A model generated the notes under the pieces. It worked only from the letters and a program-made list of their open reading frames with translations, did not search any database and was not told the DNA's origin. 32,000 bases of DNA, from assembly GCF_000012465.1 (NCBI RefSeq), contig NC_007335.2:480001-512000 (forward strand), in the 5' to 3' direction. The position numbers were made by a program, and so were the translations under genes. Below, piece by piece: positions 8,580-19,847 of this stretch. Position 1 is the first letter of the stretch. Every line of letters starts with the position of its first letter. This DNA comes from Prochlorococcus marinus str. NATL2A (GTDB taxonomy: Bacteria > Cyanobacteriota > Cyanobacteriia > PCC-6307 > Cyanobiaceae).

Positions 8580-9842
8580 TTAATTTAGCTTGATATATTC
8601 TTTAAGAACCCCGTTTCTGTTTGGATGGCGGAGTTTTCTGAGAGCCTTAGCCTCTATTTGTCTGATCCTCTCTCTAGTTACATCAAAAATTTGTCCAATT
8701 TCTTCAAGGGTTTTCATTCTTCCATCATCTAAGCCATAACGAAGTCTTAGAACATCCCTCTCTCTGGGACTTAGTGTAGCGAGAACACCCTCCAAATCTT
8801 CTCTTAATAAGGTTTTTGCCACATCTTGTTCAGGATTTTCTATGTCTGCTTCAATAAAGTCACCAAGTCTAGAATCTTCTTCTTTCCCAATAGGGGTCTC
8901 AAGAGAAATGGGGAGCTGAGCACTTTTTGCAATGAATCTGAGTTTTTCAATCGTCATTTCCATGCTTTCGGCGATTTCTTCCTCGGTTGGTTTCCTTCCA
9001 AACTCTTGACTTAAAACTTTAGTGGTTTTCTTGATCCTTGAAATTGTTTCATATAAATGCACAGGCAAACGAATTGTTCTGCTTTGATCTGCAATTGCTC
9101 TAGTGATAGCCTGCCTTATCCACCAAGTAGCATAAGTTGAGAATTTATATCCTTTCTCATGATCAAATTTTTCAGCTGCACGAATTAGACCAAGACTTCC
9201 TTCTTGAATAAGATCTTGAAAAGACAAACCTCTATTCATATATTTCTTGGCAATTGAAACTACTAGTCGTAGATTCGATTGCACCATTTTTTCTTTTGCT
9301 CGTCTGCCAAGCATTAGTCGCCTGCGGAAGCGAGCTAATGGCATGTCTGCAAGAACTGCCCATTCTTTGACTGATGGGAAATGTCCATTCTCACTTTCAA
9401 ATTGCGCAGCTTCTTCCTCTAATTGAAGAAGATCTGCTATCTTCCTGGCTAATTCAATTTCTTCATCTGGCCTGAGAAGTCTTATACGACCAATTTCTTG
9501 TAGATAAACCCTAATCGAGTCTTCTGTATAAACACCCTTTGGCCCTATTTTTATACTTGCTAAGGCTTTAGCTGCTGCTTCTTGAGCACTTGATAGCACA
9601 GAGGCATTATCGTCATCATCATCTAGATCGATATCGGCTTCAGGCACTTTATTAGCTTCAGCAATTAATTTATCCGCCTCTAGATCTAAATCAATTTTTA
9701 GATCATTTGAAGATTCTTGAGGAAGAGTCTGGGTTTCTTTAGTCACGTTTAATTTGGCAGCTGTTTTTTTAATTTTTTTGGAATTGTTTTTAGGATCCTG
9801 ATTAATAGAAATATTTTTAGATGTCTGTTTTTCCTTTAACAT
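8580..9842 (-). CDS. sigA: Principal (group 1) RNA polymerase sigma-70 factor
   Basis: Region 1.2 to 4.2 blocks are present: [65 protein letters not shown] and [20 protein letters not shown]. An acidic, low-complexity N-terminal region is also present. Confidence 0.95.
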   Translation of the reverse strand: MLKEKQTSKNISINQDPKNNSKKIKKTAAKLNVTKETQTLPQESSNDLKIDLDLEADKLIAEANKVPEADIDLDDDDDNASVLSSAQEAAAKALASIKIGPKGVYTEDSIRVYLQEIGRIRLLRPDEEIELARKIADLLQLEEEAAQFESENGHFPSVKEWAVLADMPLARFRRRLMLGRRAKEKMVQSNLRLVVSIAKKYMNRGLSFQDLIQEGSLGLIRAAEKFDHEKGYKFSTYATWWIRQAITRAIADQSRTIRLPVHLYETISRIKKTTKVLSQEFGRKPTEEEIAESMEMTIEKLRFIAKSAQLPISLETPIGKEEDSRLGDFIEADIENPEQDVAKTLLREDLEGVLATLSPRERDVLRLRYGLDDGRMKTLEEIGQIFDVTRERIRQIEAKALRKLRHPNRNGVLKEYIKLN

Positions 9843-10163
9843 GATTCCCCCGATGGTTTTGTGGTCAGTTGCAGAGCTCAGGTTAGTACCCGAAAAAATG
9901 GTCGGAATCTCCTAGAGATGTTATTTCAGGAAAAACTATTTAATTTGTAAAATTTCAACAAAAACACTCTAATTTGAGATTGTCCTTAATCGTGATAAAT
10001 CTTGCGAAAAATCACATGAAATCAATATGGACTTGAGATCATGAAGGATGTTTTGTTGAAGAATAGAAATGTATAAGCAAGGAGGTCAGGGGATTTCTCA
10101 GACCGGCTTATCTCAGAATTGGATTTTTCCTATTCTTGATAAAGCTTCTAGTCTTCCCTCTGG

Positions 10164-10202
10164 GTGGAATTTTGCAAGTTCCACAACAGCTTTAAAGCTG
10201 TT
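10164..10202. other. Two abutting perfect stem-loops / dyads about 50 nt upstream of priA
   Basis: GTGGAA (10164-10169) pairs with TTCCAC (10179-10184). This is followed directly by the 18-nt perfect palindrome AACAGCTTTAAAGCTGTT (10185-10202). No U-run follows on either strand. Confidence 0.4.
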
Positions 10203-10254
10203 CACAATCCAATGGTAGAAAAAATTTCTAAAGTCGGCAAGTATTAAAACAGAT

Positions 10255-12498
10255 ATGAATTCTTTTATATTTGATATTTGGTTACATGTGGGTCGCGAAG
10301 GGCGATGTTTTTCTTATCAAGATGGAAATAATTTAGATATTGATTTAGGCGATGTTGTGACAGTGCGTCTAAAAGGGCAACGCATGCAAGGGTTGGTTGT
10401 TAAGAAGATGAAAAAAAACATAACTAGTACACACCAAAATTTAAATAATTTTTCGCTGAATAATGTAGAAACATTGGTTCAAAAAGCAGCTATCACAAAA
10501 GAATGGAGAGAGTGGCTAGAAGAAATTGCTCTTGATTTATATGTAAGTGATTTTCAGATGCTTAAGACCGCGTTACCTCCTGGTTGGTTAGGAAGATCGA
10601 AACTATCGAATAGACCTAAAAAACTCTGGTGGGTAAAATTGTCTAGCAATAATTATGAGGGAAAGATATCTTCTCGACAGATTGAGTTAAAGAAAAATCT
10701 TCTCTTAAATGGAGGAGGAAAATGGCAAAAGGATTTGGAGGCTGAGGGATTTTCTTCTGTATTGATTAGAAACTTTGTCTCAGTTGGTTGCGGAGAAAGA
10801 GAAAAACGTCTTTATCTTTTTAATTCTTTTGATAATGAAGAATCTAATGATAAAAAGATGTTAAAGATTGAGGAACCTCAACCTTTAACACTAGAGCAAA
10901 AATCAGCAAAAGAAAAATATGAGTCTCTTCCAGACGGATCAGCTCTTTTGCTTTGGGGTGTTACTGGGTCTGGGAAGACGGAGGTATACCTACAAATTGC
11001 AGCGCATGAGTTATCTGAAAGTAGACATTGTCTTATCCTTACACCAGAAATTGGGTTAGTACCACAATTAGTTGATCGCTTTCGAAAAAGATTTGGGTTA
11101 AATGTTTTTGAATATCATAGTAATTGTTCTACTAAAGAGAAAATTGAGACATGGAAGAGAGCTTTAGACAACACAAAACCTAGTGTTTTTATTGGTACTC
11201 GATCAGCTATTTTTCTGCCATTATCCAGCTTAGGATTGATAGTTCTTGATGAAGAACACGATAGCTCTTTTAAACAGGAATCCCCTATGCCTTGCTATCA
11301 TGCAAGAGAATTGGCAATTCATAGAGCAAAAAAAACAGGTGCTAAAGTAATACTTGGAACAGCAACTCCATCTTTGAATGTTTGGAAAAATTTAAAACCA
11401 AATGGAAATGTAGTTGTTGCAAAATTAACCAAAAGGATTTCGAATCGTAAATTACCAACTGTTAGTGTCGTTGACATGCGAGAGGAATTAGCGCTTGGGA
11501 ATCGAAGCTTAATTAGTAGATATCTAAAAAAACAACTTTTGAGTATAAAAGAGAGTGGAAATCAAGCTATTGTTTTGGTTCCTAGACGTGGATATAGTAG
11601 TTTTTTAAGTTGCCGCAGTTGTGGAGAGGTCGTTCAATGTCCACATTGTGATATTGCACTAACTGTACATCGTTCTAAAGAGGGTAATCAATGGTTACGT
11701 TGTCATTGGTGCGACTTTCGTTCGAATATTAGTGATAAGTGTGGAGAATGTGGTTCAAATGCTTTTAAACCGTTTGGTACTGGAACACAAAGAGTGATGG
11801 ATCATTTAGAAAGAGAACTAGAGGGTATAAGTTTATTAAGGTTTGATAGAGATACAACTAGAGGCCGTGATGGCCATAGATTGTTGCTAGAAAGATTTGC
11901 TAATGGTGACGCCGATATTTTAGTAGGTACTCAGATGCTATCTAAGGGAATGGATTTACCAAAGGTAACTCTTGCCGTCGTCTTAGCAGCAGATGGTTTA
12001 TTGTATCGTCCTGATTTAATGGCTACTGAAGAAACGCTTCAACTATTTATGCAATTAGCTGGTCGTGCAGGGCGAGGTGAGCAACCTGGAAAGGTTGTAG
12101 TGCAAACTTATTGTCCTGATCATCCAGTAATTCTTCATTTGATTGATGGTAGTTACGAAGAATTTTTGAAAAAAGAAGAGAAGACTAGAAAAGAAGCCTC
12201 GATGGTTCCATACAGTCGAGCCTGCTTGTTAAGGTTCTCTGGCGAATCTTCAGAGTTGGCATCACATGGAGCATTTGATGTTTTATCAAAAATAAAGGAT
12301 GCTTGCAGTCAAAAAGGTTGGAAATTAGTCGGTCCAGCACCTTCATTAGTTGAGAGAGTCGCAGGTAAAAGCCGTTGGCAACTTCTTTTGTACGGTCCAG
12401 AATTAAGTCATATACCACTCCCTTATGGACCTGAATTATGGAAAGATTTACCAAAAGGAGTAACTCTTTCTATTGATCCTGATCCTCTACAATTATGA
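10255..12498 (+). CDS. priA: Primosomal protein N' (replication restart helicase PriA)
   Basis: Walker A GVTGSGKTEVY, DEEH box, Cys-rich zinc region (CRSCG...CPHCD...CHWC...CGEC), and helicase C motifs GTQMLSKG and GRAGRG. Confidence 0.95.
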   Translation: MNSFIFDIWLHVGREGRCFSYQDGNNLDIDLGDVVTVRLKGQRMQGLVVKKMKKNITSTHQNLNNFSLNNVETLVQKAAITKEWREWLEEIALDLYVSDFQMLKTALPPGWLGRSKLSNRPKKLWWVKLSSNNYEGKISSRQIELKKNLLLNGGGKWQKDLEAEGFSSVLIRNFVSVGCGEREKRLYLFNSFDNEESNDKKMLKIEEPQPLTLEQKSAKEKYESLPDGSALLLWGVTGSGKTEVYLQIAAHELSESRHCLILTPEIGLVPQLVDRFRKRFGLNVFEYHSNCSTKEKIETWKRALDNTKPSVFIGTRSAIFLPLSSLGLIVLDEEHDSSFKQESPMPCYHARELAIHRAKKTGAKVILGTATPSLNVWKNLKPNGNVVVAKLTKRISNRKLPTVSVVDMREELALGNRSLISRYLKKQLLSIKESGNQAIVLVPRRGYSSFLSCRSCGEVVQCPHCDIALTVHRSKEGNQWLRCHWCDFRSNISDKCGECGSNAFKPFGTGTQRVMDHLERELEGISLLRFDRDTTRGRDGHRLLLERFANGDADILVGTQMLSKGMDLPKVTLAVVLAADGLLYRPDLMATEETLQLFMQLAGRAGRGEQPGKVVVQTYCPDHPVILHLIDGSYEEFLKKEEKTRKEASMVPYSRACLLRFSGESSELASHGAFDVLSKIKDACSQKGWKLVGPAPSLVERVAGKSRWQLLLYGPELSHIPLPYGPELWKDLPKGVTLSIDPDPLQL

Positions 12499-12511
12499 GT
12501 TTTATCTTTTT

Positions 12512-13603
12512 TTAAGGTGGTAGCTCAGGGAAACCGAAGCCCATTTGTAGACGTAATCTCTGAAGGGATAAGCTCAGCAAAGTTAAAGCAATTATCAAGA
12601 TAATCCCAACTGAAATTTGGTTCCATTTCCAATTTGAAATCTCCAGTTGGTTAATCTGTCCAATTTCAAGAGGAAAGGAAGTTAGACCTTGATTAAAAGT
12701 AGGTTCTAGAGGTTTGGTTTTAAAATTATTTTTATTGCCAATACCATTAATAACGATGTTTATTTTTAATCCCGGAATTTTTGGGATTTCTCTCAAATCA
12801 AAATAAATCTTAAAATTTTGACTTGTACCAATTATCCAGTTTTTGTTGTTTGTAATTATTTCAGGTTTATTTATACTGAATCCGCTAGCTTTTGAAGCTA
12901 CTAAAACTATTTCTTGAAGTAATTTATTTACTTCTTCAAAACGAATAGTTGGTGATTCAAAATGCTGCTTATCCTCATGAGTTTGGAGTTTTAAGATACT
13001 ATGTTTTTTACTAAGATTTTCTTCAAATGCCATTTGCCATGGAATTGATTCACCAGAATTACTATCTATATCAAGTGAAATCTTTAGTCGATCTGGACCT
13101 GTAACACTCAAGTTTGTTGATATATCAACGCAACCACTCAAAAGGAATGTTATTAATAAAATAACTAATAAAGTTATTATTGAAAATCCAAAGTCTAGAC
13201 TTTTTGTTGGACCAGTTGGAGGATGATAAATTTTCTCCCTCTTCTTTTTTGCTTTGCTAACTGACGATTTTAGAGAAGGTTCCATCTCTAAATTTGGTAT
13301 TTCTACCGACCAGTTTGATGGTTTTGGTAGACGTGGAGCATCAAGTATTGATAAAAGCTGTTTAGCTTGTTGACGGACGCTTTCGTCTTTGTTATGAATT
13401 AATGTTTGACAGATATTGATCGCCTTTTGTTCATCACCTTTCCCCATGTATGCAGTAACTATGAGGAGCCTAAGTTGACCTCCAATTTCTGTCTCTGCTT
13501 GGAAATCTAGAAGTAAAGGGTCAATTATTTTTATGCAAATACCGTAATCACCTTTTTCAAGGGCCGCTTCAGTAGCTTTTATAGCTGAAGCTATATTTGA
13601 CAT
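12512..13603 (-). CDS. Conserved cyanobacterial membrane protein (DUF3153-like) with a TPR-like N-terminal domain
   Basis: 363 aa: a soluble helical N-terminal region, a basic stretch KAKKKREK, a TM segment ending in LSGC, a large extracytoplasmic region and a C-terminal TM. The start ATG directly abuts the argB stop (TAAATG). Confidence 0.6.
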   Translation of the reverse strand: MSNIASAIKATEAALEKGDYGICIKIIDPLLLDFQAETEIGGQLRLLIVTAYMGKGDEQKAINICQTLIHNKDESVRQQAKQLLSILDAPRLPKPSNWSVEIPNLEMEPSLKSSVSKAKKKREKIYHPPTGPTKSLDFGFSIITLLVILLITFLLSGCVDISTNLSVTGPDRLKISLDIDSNSGESIPWQMAFEENLSKKHSILKLQTHEDKQHFESPTIRFEEVNKLLQEIVLVASKASGFSINKPEIITNNKNWIIGTSQNFKIYFDLREIPKIPGLKINIVINGIGNKNNFKTKPLEPTFNQGLTSFPLEIGQINQLEISNWKWNQISVGIILIIALTLLSLSLQRLRLQMGFGFPELPP

Positions 13604-14518
13604 TTAACCTCTACCCATAACCATTGTTCCAATACCTGCATCAGTGAAAACTTCTAAAAGAAGTGAGTGAGGAGTCCTTCCGTCAATGATATGGGCAGCG
13701 TTAACACCTTGGGCAAGCGAACGTATACAACATTCAACTTTTGGTTTCATACCTGCTTTAACTATCCCTTTATCAATTAATTCTCTAGCTTCCGATAAAC
13801 GTATCTTTTCTATTAAGGAAGAAGGATCATTTTCATTTCTTAAAATACCAGGAGTATCTGTTAGAAGGATTAATTTTTCGGCACCTAGTGCTGCAGCAAG
13901 CTCCCCAGCAACAGTATCAGCATTGATATTGTGTGATTTGCCATCAGAAGAGTTGGCTACGCTAGAAATGACTGGGACGTAACCTTCTTCGAGAAGAGGG
14001 CTCAAAATCTTTGTATTTACTTTTGCAACTTCTCCGACAAGACCATGACTTCCACCTCCAAGCGTTCTTGCCTCAATAAGTCCGCCATCTATTCCACATA
14101 GTCCAACAGCCAATCTTCCGTGATTGTTTATTCCACTTACAATCTGTTTATTTACTCTTCCCGTAAGAACCATTTCTACGACATCCATGGTCTCGGTATC
14201 AGTAATACGTAAACCATCCAGGAAAACTGGTTTTATTCCTAATTTTTCTAACCATTGGTTTATCTCAGGCCCGCCACCATGAACGACTACTATTTGTACT
14301 CCAACCGACGAGAGAAGAGCTAGATCTCTAAATACTGCATTTTGAAGTGTTTTATCTGCCATGGCTGAACCACCATATTTGATTACGATTCGCTTATTTG
14401 CAAAACGCTGAATATAAGGAAGTGCCTCACTTAACACAGAAACCCTTATTGAATCTTTGTCCGTGAAGGGTTTATTAATATTCTTACTGTGCTTAGCTTG
14501 TTGGATTTCTTTATTCAT
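13604..14518 (-). CDS. argB: N-acetylglutamate kinase
   Basis: [44 protein letters not shown] and the C-terminal GTMV match the family blocks. Confidence 0.95.
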   Translation of the reverse strand: MNKEIQQAKHSKNINKPFTDKDSIRVSVLSEALPYIQRFANKRIVIKYGGSAMADKTLQNAVFRDLALLSSVGVQIVVVHGGGPEINQWLEKLGIKPVFLDGLRITDTETMDVVEMVLTGRVNKQIVSGINNHGRLAVGLCGIDGGLIEARTLGGGSHGLVGEVAKVNTKILSPLLEEGYVPVISSVANSSDGKSHNINADTVAGELAAALGAEKLILLTDTPGILRNENDPSSLIEKIRLSEARELIDKGIVKAGMKPKVECCIRSLAQGVNAAHIIDGRTPHSLLLEVFTDAGIGTMVMGRG

Positions 14519-15074
14519 TTTCTTGTGGATTATCTTCTTGTTTTTGCGGAAGTAGGATTAAATCTATTGCACCTGGTGTAGGACAAAATAATTCAGCGCA
14601 CAAACCTTTAGCAAAGAATCTTCCTAAACGTTCTTTTTGAGCATTCCATCTTTCTAAGGACACAGCAGCCATTTCAAATCTCATTCGTATTCCATAATTA
14701 CCTTCTTTAACCAACTCTTCTACTTCTAGAAGTTGGGGAGGATTGTCTATGTCCCAAAGTTTTAATACTCTTAGAGATGATTCAAGTTGGCAAGATTGGC
14801 CATAGCGCCATCTAGTTACATCTTTAACTAGTTTTCCTAGCTCTTCAGGAGCTCTGTCTCTCTCTGAGGCAAACTTAGTTGTAGGAACTACTCTTAGGGC
14901 AGGAGGAACTTCAGTCGTTTTCAGTGATATACCTATTAGAAAAATAGGTACTCCATAGAAGAAAGTAGGAACACTGAGGTTTGTTGCATCAGTGAAATAG
15001 GCTGTTAGGCCTATTAGAGAAAGGGATGCTCCTCCGATAGTGATGAGGCTTGCCGGTGACAGAAGTTTATTCAT
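14511..15074 (-). CDS. Conserved cyanobacterial membrane protein (DUF2854-like), two N-terminal TM helices
   Basis: 187 aa with two hydrophobic helices followed by a soluble domain. Its stop overlaps the argB start by 8 nt (ATGAATAA). Confidence 0.55.
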   Translation of the reverse strand: MNKLLSPASLITIGGASLSLIGLTAYFTDATNLSVPTFFYGVPIFLIGISLKTTEVPPALRVVPTTKFASERDRAPEELGKLVKDVTRWRYGQSCQLESSLRVLKLWDIDNPPQLLEVEELVKEGNYGIRMRFEMAAVSLERWNAQKERLGRFFAKGLCAELFCPTPGAIDLILLPQKQEDNPQENE

Positions 15075-15104
15075 GAGTGTAATTTTGGCTAAAATCGTGG
15101 GCAG

Positions 15105-15320
15105 ATGGGTTTTTCAGGAGACAGTCTCATGGCCTCACACCAAAAACAATTTTCTGAGTTAACTGATCTTGTTGAAAAATTAAACAAGGATAGAGCTTGG
15201 ATCCTTGAACAACTAGATAAAGGTTGCTGGCCTGAATTTAGACCTGATCTGGCAGCTTTGGAGAGAGAATTAGGTCAACTTTTAACTAGGGCTGCAGAAT
15301 ACATTGAAGAAAATGGTTAA
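15105..15320 (+). CDS. Small helical hypothetical protein (63-71 aa)
   Basis: Open frame with coding-like composition. A second ATG at 15129 (MASHQKQ...) is an alternative start. I recognise no motif. Confidence 0.45.
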   Translation: MGFSGDSLMASHQKQFSELTDLVEKLNKDRAWILEQLDKGCWPEFRPDLAALERELGQLLTRAAEYIEENG

Positions 15321-15325
15321 TTTTT

Positions 15326-15763
15326 TCAGAATGGAATGTCATCTGTATCAGGGATTAATGGTGAGCTGTCCCATTTAACACCCTCGTTATTTAAAGGATT
15401 TGCTGAATTGCTTTTTATATTTGACTGAGTTTGAGAAGGTATTGATGGAAGAGGTGTTTTAGAGGAAAAGGGGTGGATTCGAGAAAGAGTAAATTCAGCT
15501 TGTTTCTCTTTAGTCCCATCCTGGCGAGGAACAGTATTCATTCTTAAGCGACCTTCAATTACTAATTTAGTATTGACTTGAACCTTGTTTTGAAGTTCTT
15601 CTGCTAATTTCCCCCAACCAACTACCTTAATTGCACAGGGAGGGTCATCAGCACGGAGGCTGTCAAATTCAACTTCTAGTTCAGCTAGCGGAGTTTTGTT
15701 GTCTTGGGTAAAACGAACTGTTGGAGCCTTCTTTACCAAAACCTCAAGCATGCAATGGTTCAT
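15326..15763 (-). CDS. ssb: Single-stranded DNA-binding protein
   Basis: N-terminal OB-fold-like block (RFTQDNKTPLAELEV..., KLVIEGRLRMN), a low-complexity Pro/Ser/Asn linker and the canonical acidic tip DDIPF at the C-terminus. Confidence 0.85.
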   Translation of the reverse strand: MNHCMLEVLVKKAPTVRFTQDNKTPLAELEVEFDSLRADDPPCAIKVVGWGKLAEELQNKVQVNTKLVIEGRLRMNTVPRQDGTKEKQAEFTLSRIHPFSSKTPLPSIPSQTQSNIKSNSANPLNNEGVKWDSSPLIPDTDDIPF

Positions 15764-15779
15764 CTTTTTTCTTTAGTTA

Positions 15780-16604
15780 TTGTGGTTTATCTTGATGGAT
15801 ATAAGGGAAAAATGCCAGCCACATCTTTGGTTGTTAACAGGAACAGGCGAAGGTCATATTTTCGCTGAGTCTCTATTGAAAGAAGGCTGGAAAATTACTG
15901 TTAGTGTTGTTTCGGATAGAGCCTCGATTCCATATGAAAAATTAAACTTAGAGAAAATATTAATTGGTGCCTTAATTACTGAAGAAGAGATCCGGGGAGT
16001 CATATTAAATGCCAGAATTCATCAAAATGGATTTCATTGCGTTGTTGATCTGACTCACCCATTTGCTATGAAAATCACACGGTCAATCTCAAAAGTTTGC
16101 AAGGAACTAGGTCAAACATTCATAAGGTATGAAAGAGCTATCGATAATATTTCAAATGCATTTTTAATAGAAAAATTTAGTGATTTAAGAAATTATGATC
16201 TAAAGAATAAATCTATTTTGCTCGCCATAGGAGTAAGACATCTTCAGGAAGCCTTTATTTTCGCGAGAAATTCAGGAGCAAATGTTTATGCAAGAGTTTT
16301 AGCTAATCCAGAAAGTATAAGAAAAACACTGTCTTCATCAATTCAAAAAACAAATTTTGCGGTATTAAATCCTTCAGTTTCTAGTAATGGAAAAATTGAA
16401 AAAGCTCTTGTTAGGAAATGGAATATTAGTGGTGTCATTTGTAGGCAATCAGGAGGAAGTAATGAAATCTTATGGCACCGAATTTGTATGAGTATGAAAA
16501 TTAATCTTTGGTTGTTGGAAAGACCTACTGAATTTAAAAATATTAATTCAGTAGATAGCTATGAAAAATTAATTAAAAAATTAAAATCTATTAGTATGGA
16601 ATAA
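15780..16604 (+). CDS. cobK: Precorrin-6A / cobalt-precorrin-6A reductase
   Basis: N-terminal LLTGTGEG, then D.THPFA, with the length and layout of CobK/CbiJ. The ORF has TTG at 15780 and the first ATG at 15795. Confidence 0.75.
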   Translation: MWFILMDIREKCQPHLWLLTGTGEGHIFAESLLKEGWKITVSVVSDRASIPYEKLNLEKILIGALITEEEIRGVILNARIHQNGFHCVVDLTHPFAMKITRSISKVCKELGQTFIRYERAIDNISNAFLIEKFSDLRNYDLKNKSILLAIGVRHLQEAFIFARNSGANVYARVLANPESIRKTLSSSIQKTNFAVLNPSVSSNGKIEKALVRKWNISGVICRQSGGSNEILWHRICMSMKINLWLLERPTEFKNINSVDSYEKLIKKLKSISME

Positions 16605-16619
16605 AAAGTTTTTGAGATC

Positions 16620-16943
16620 ATGTCTTTATCTAGCTTCAATCAAGAAATTTATTTGGTTATAACTACTGAATTTGATAAAAAAAATGCATCTAAATTAGCT
16701 AATCTACTCTTGAGGGAGAAATTAATACCTTGCGTAACTTTTAAGAATATCGAATCACATTTTTGGTGGGAAGGAAATATTAATCAATCGCAAGAAGTAC
16801 AATTAATGATTAAGTGTAAGAAAGAAAATCTAGATAACGTTTGTAATAAAATTTCTGAATTACATAGCTACGAAATACCAGAAATAATTTATTTTCGCGT
16901 TTCAGCTAATAAAAATTACCATCATTGGATGAATTCTATTTAA
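16620..16943 (+). CDS. cutA: Divalent-cation tolerance protein CutA
   Basis: 107 aa with L.....A.CV......S.F.W.G.I motifs and the HSYEIPEI block typical of CutA1. Confidence 0.85.
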   Translation: MSLSSFNQEIYLVITTEFDKKNASKLANLLLREKLIPCVTFKNIESHFWWEGNINQSQEVQLMIKCKKENLDNVCNKISELHSYEIPEIIYFRVSANKNYHHWMNSI

Positions 16944-16954
16944 GCTTTCAATCC

Positions 16955-17965
16955 TTAGGCTTCTAAATGTGAATTGATCAAATTTAAAAGATCAGTATTG
17001 GAACGAGATCCTAATTGTGTAACGATCTGTCCTGCACAAATAGATCCAATTTTTGCAGATAATTCTGGCTTTAGGCCATCTGCATACCCTTTTAAAAAAG
17101 CTCCAGCATAAAGATCTCCAGCACCCGTAGTATCAATAGCCTTCCCAAGAATGAAAGGATCTATTTTTATTTCTTTGCCATTTGAAATTAGAATTGATCC
17201 TTTTTCACCAATTGTGATTGCCGCAAGATCACATTTTTTTTTCAATTTTTCAAGAGCATTACTTAGAGAAGAGGTCTCATACAAATTTGTTATTTCATCT
17301 TCATTGGCAAATAATATATCTATATGTTCTTCAACTAGTTTTATAAAACTCTCGCGGTGTCTGCTAACACAAAATGAATCAGAAAGGGATAAAGCAACTT
17401 TTCGACCTGCATTTTTAGCTATTTCTGCCGCTTTAATAAATGCATTTTTAGCAGCTGGGTTATCCCATAGGTATCCCTCTAAATAAAGTATTTTTGCTTC
17501 CCTGACTAGTGAGAGGTCTATATCCTTAGGTTCTAAGAGAACTGAAGCGCCCAGATAAGTGCACATAGTTCTCTGAGCATCTGGAGTGACAAAAATTATG
17601 CATCTAGCAGTCGAGGGACCAACGGATGATGGTGGGGTCTTAAAAATGGTCCCAGTCGTTGATATTTCCTCTGTAAAGATTTCTCCTAGCTTGTCATCTC
17701 TCACCCTTCCAATAAAGGCTGCCTTCCCACCTAGCTGTGCAACACATGCTAATGAATTGGCAACAGAACCTCCCGACTTTTGAATTCTGTTAGTCGTCAT
17801 TTCATAAAGTTCTTTAGCTTTCTTTTCATCAATCAAGGTCATTGAACCTTTGTCGAAAGATAGCTTCTTTAGAAAGGAATCATCTGTTGTTGTTAATACG
17901 TCTACAATTGCATTCCCAATACCTACTATGTCTAGTGAAGCGGCGTTTGTCTTATTAGTCATCAA
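16955..17965 (-). CDS. PfkB-family ribokinase-like sugar/adenosine kinase
   Basis: N-terminal GNAIVD, a GG.VAN block and the C-terminal anion-hole motif DTTGAGDLYAGAFL. Substrate is not assignable from sequence alone; adenosine is plausible given the adjacency to purA. Confidence 0.8.
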   Translation of the reverse strand: MMTNKTNAASLDIVGIGNAIVDVLTTTDDSFLKKLSFDKGSMTLIDEKKAKELYEMTTNRIQKSGGSVANSLACVAQLGGKAAFIGRVRDDKLGEIFTEEISTTGTIFKTPPSSVGPSTARCIIFVTPDAQRTMCTYLGASVLLEPKDIDLSLVREAKILYLEGYLWDNPAAKNAFIKAAEIAKNAGRKVALSLSDSFCVSRHRESFIKLVEEHIDILFANEDEITNLYETSSLSNALEKLKKKCDLAAITIGEKGSILISNGKEIKIDPFILGKAIDTTGAGDLYAGAFLKGYADGLKPELSAKIGSICAGQIVTQLGSRSNTDLLNLINSHLEA

Positions 17966-18003
17966 GTTTGTTTAAAAAATCATAAAAGAACAATTGTTTG
18001 TTT

Positions 18004-19386
<1,383 letters not shown>

Positions 19387-19412
19387 TCAAAGAAATGAAT
19401 TAAAGATTATCT

Positions 19413-19847
19413 TTAACTATCTCTAGCTGCCAATTTCTCTGCTTTAGATAATTCTTTGTTTAACCTCTCTTTGAGATTTTCAGGAACTGGTCTGTTTGCA
19501 AAAGTCTTGTAATGACCTGATAAAGCATTTAATGCGGTCTGCATTGTTGTAAAGGTCGTGGAAGTGTTTACTTGAGATCGATTCCTATATCTTGAAATGT
19601 AATCACTTATTAGAAAAACAGCTTCTTTTTCTGCCTCAGATAGTCCTTTGTCTTCTTTAGGTAAAGTTATGGTCTCTTTTAAAGTTGATGAGACTGCAAT
19701 AGTGTCTTTCGCAAAATCTCCAGTCATTAGTGTTTTGGCTGCATTCACTTCTGAAGCGAATTGGAAGAGCATGAGGCAGAAGCCAAGGCATATAGCCAAA
19801 GCTGCCCTCACCAACCTGATGGAGAGGCGATGAAAGGCAGAAATCAT
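19413..19847 (-). CDS. psb27: Photosystem II assembly factor Psb27
   Basis: Signal peptide plus mature blocks LTGDF.KDT, ISDYISRYR and TTMQTALNALSGHY...RP.PE.LK.RL. The tracked ORF extends to a TTG at 19892; the ATG at 19845-19847 (MISAFHRL...) is the more likely start. Confidence 0.85.
   Translation of the reverse strand: MISAFHRLSIRLVRAALAICLGFCLMLFQFASEVNAAKTLMTGDFAKDTIAVSSTLKETITLPKEDKGLSEAEKEAVFLISDYISRYRNRSQVNTSTTFTTMQTALNALSGHYKTFANRPVPENLKERLNKELSKAEKLAARDS

Noticed and set aside
10069-10254. The 49-codon ORF is in the same frame as priA, which raised the idea of an N-terminal extension of PriA or a read-through/pseudogene situation.
   Set aside because: An in-frame TAG (10216-10218) separates them. 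The PriA N-terminus from ATG 10255 (..DIWLHVGREGRCFSY..VTVRLKGQRMQGLVV) already corresponds to the start of the family's N-terminal DNA-binding domain, so no extension is needed.
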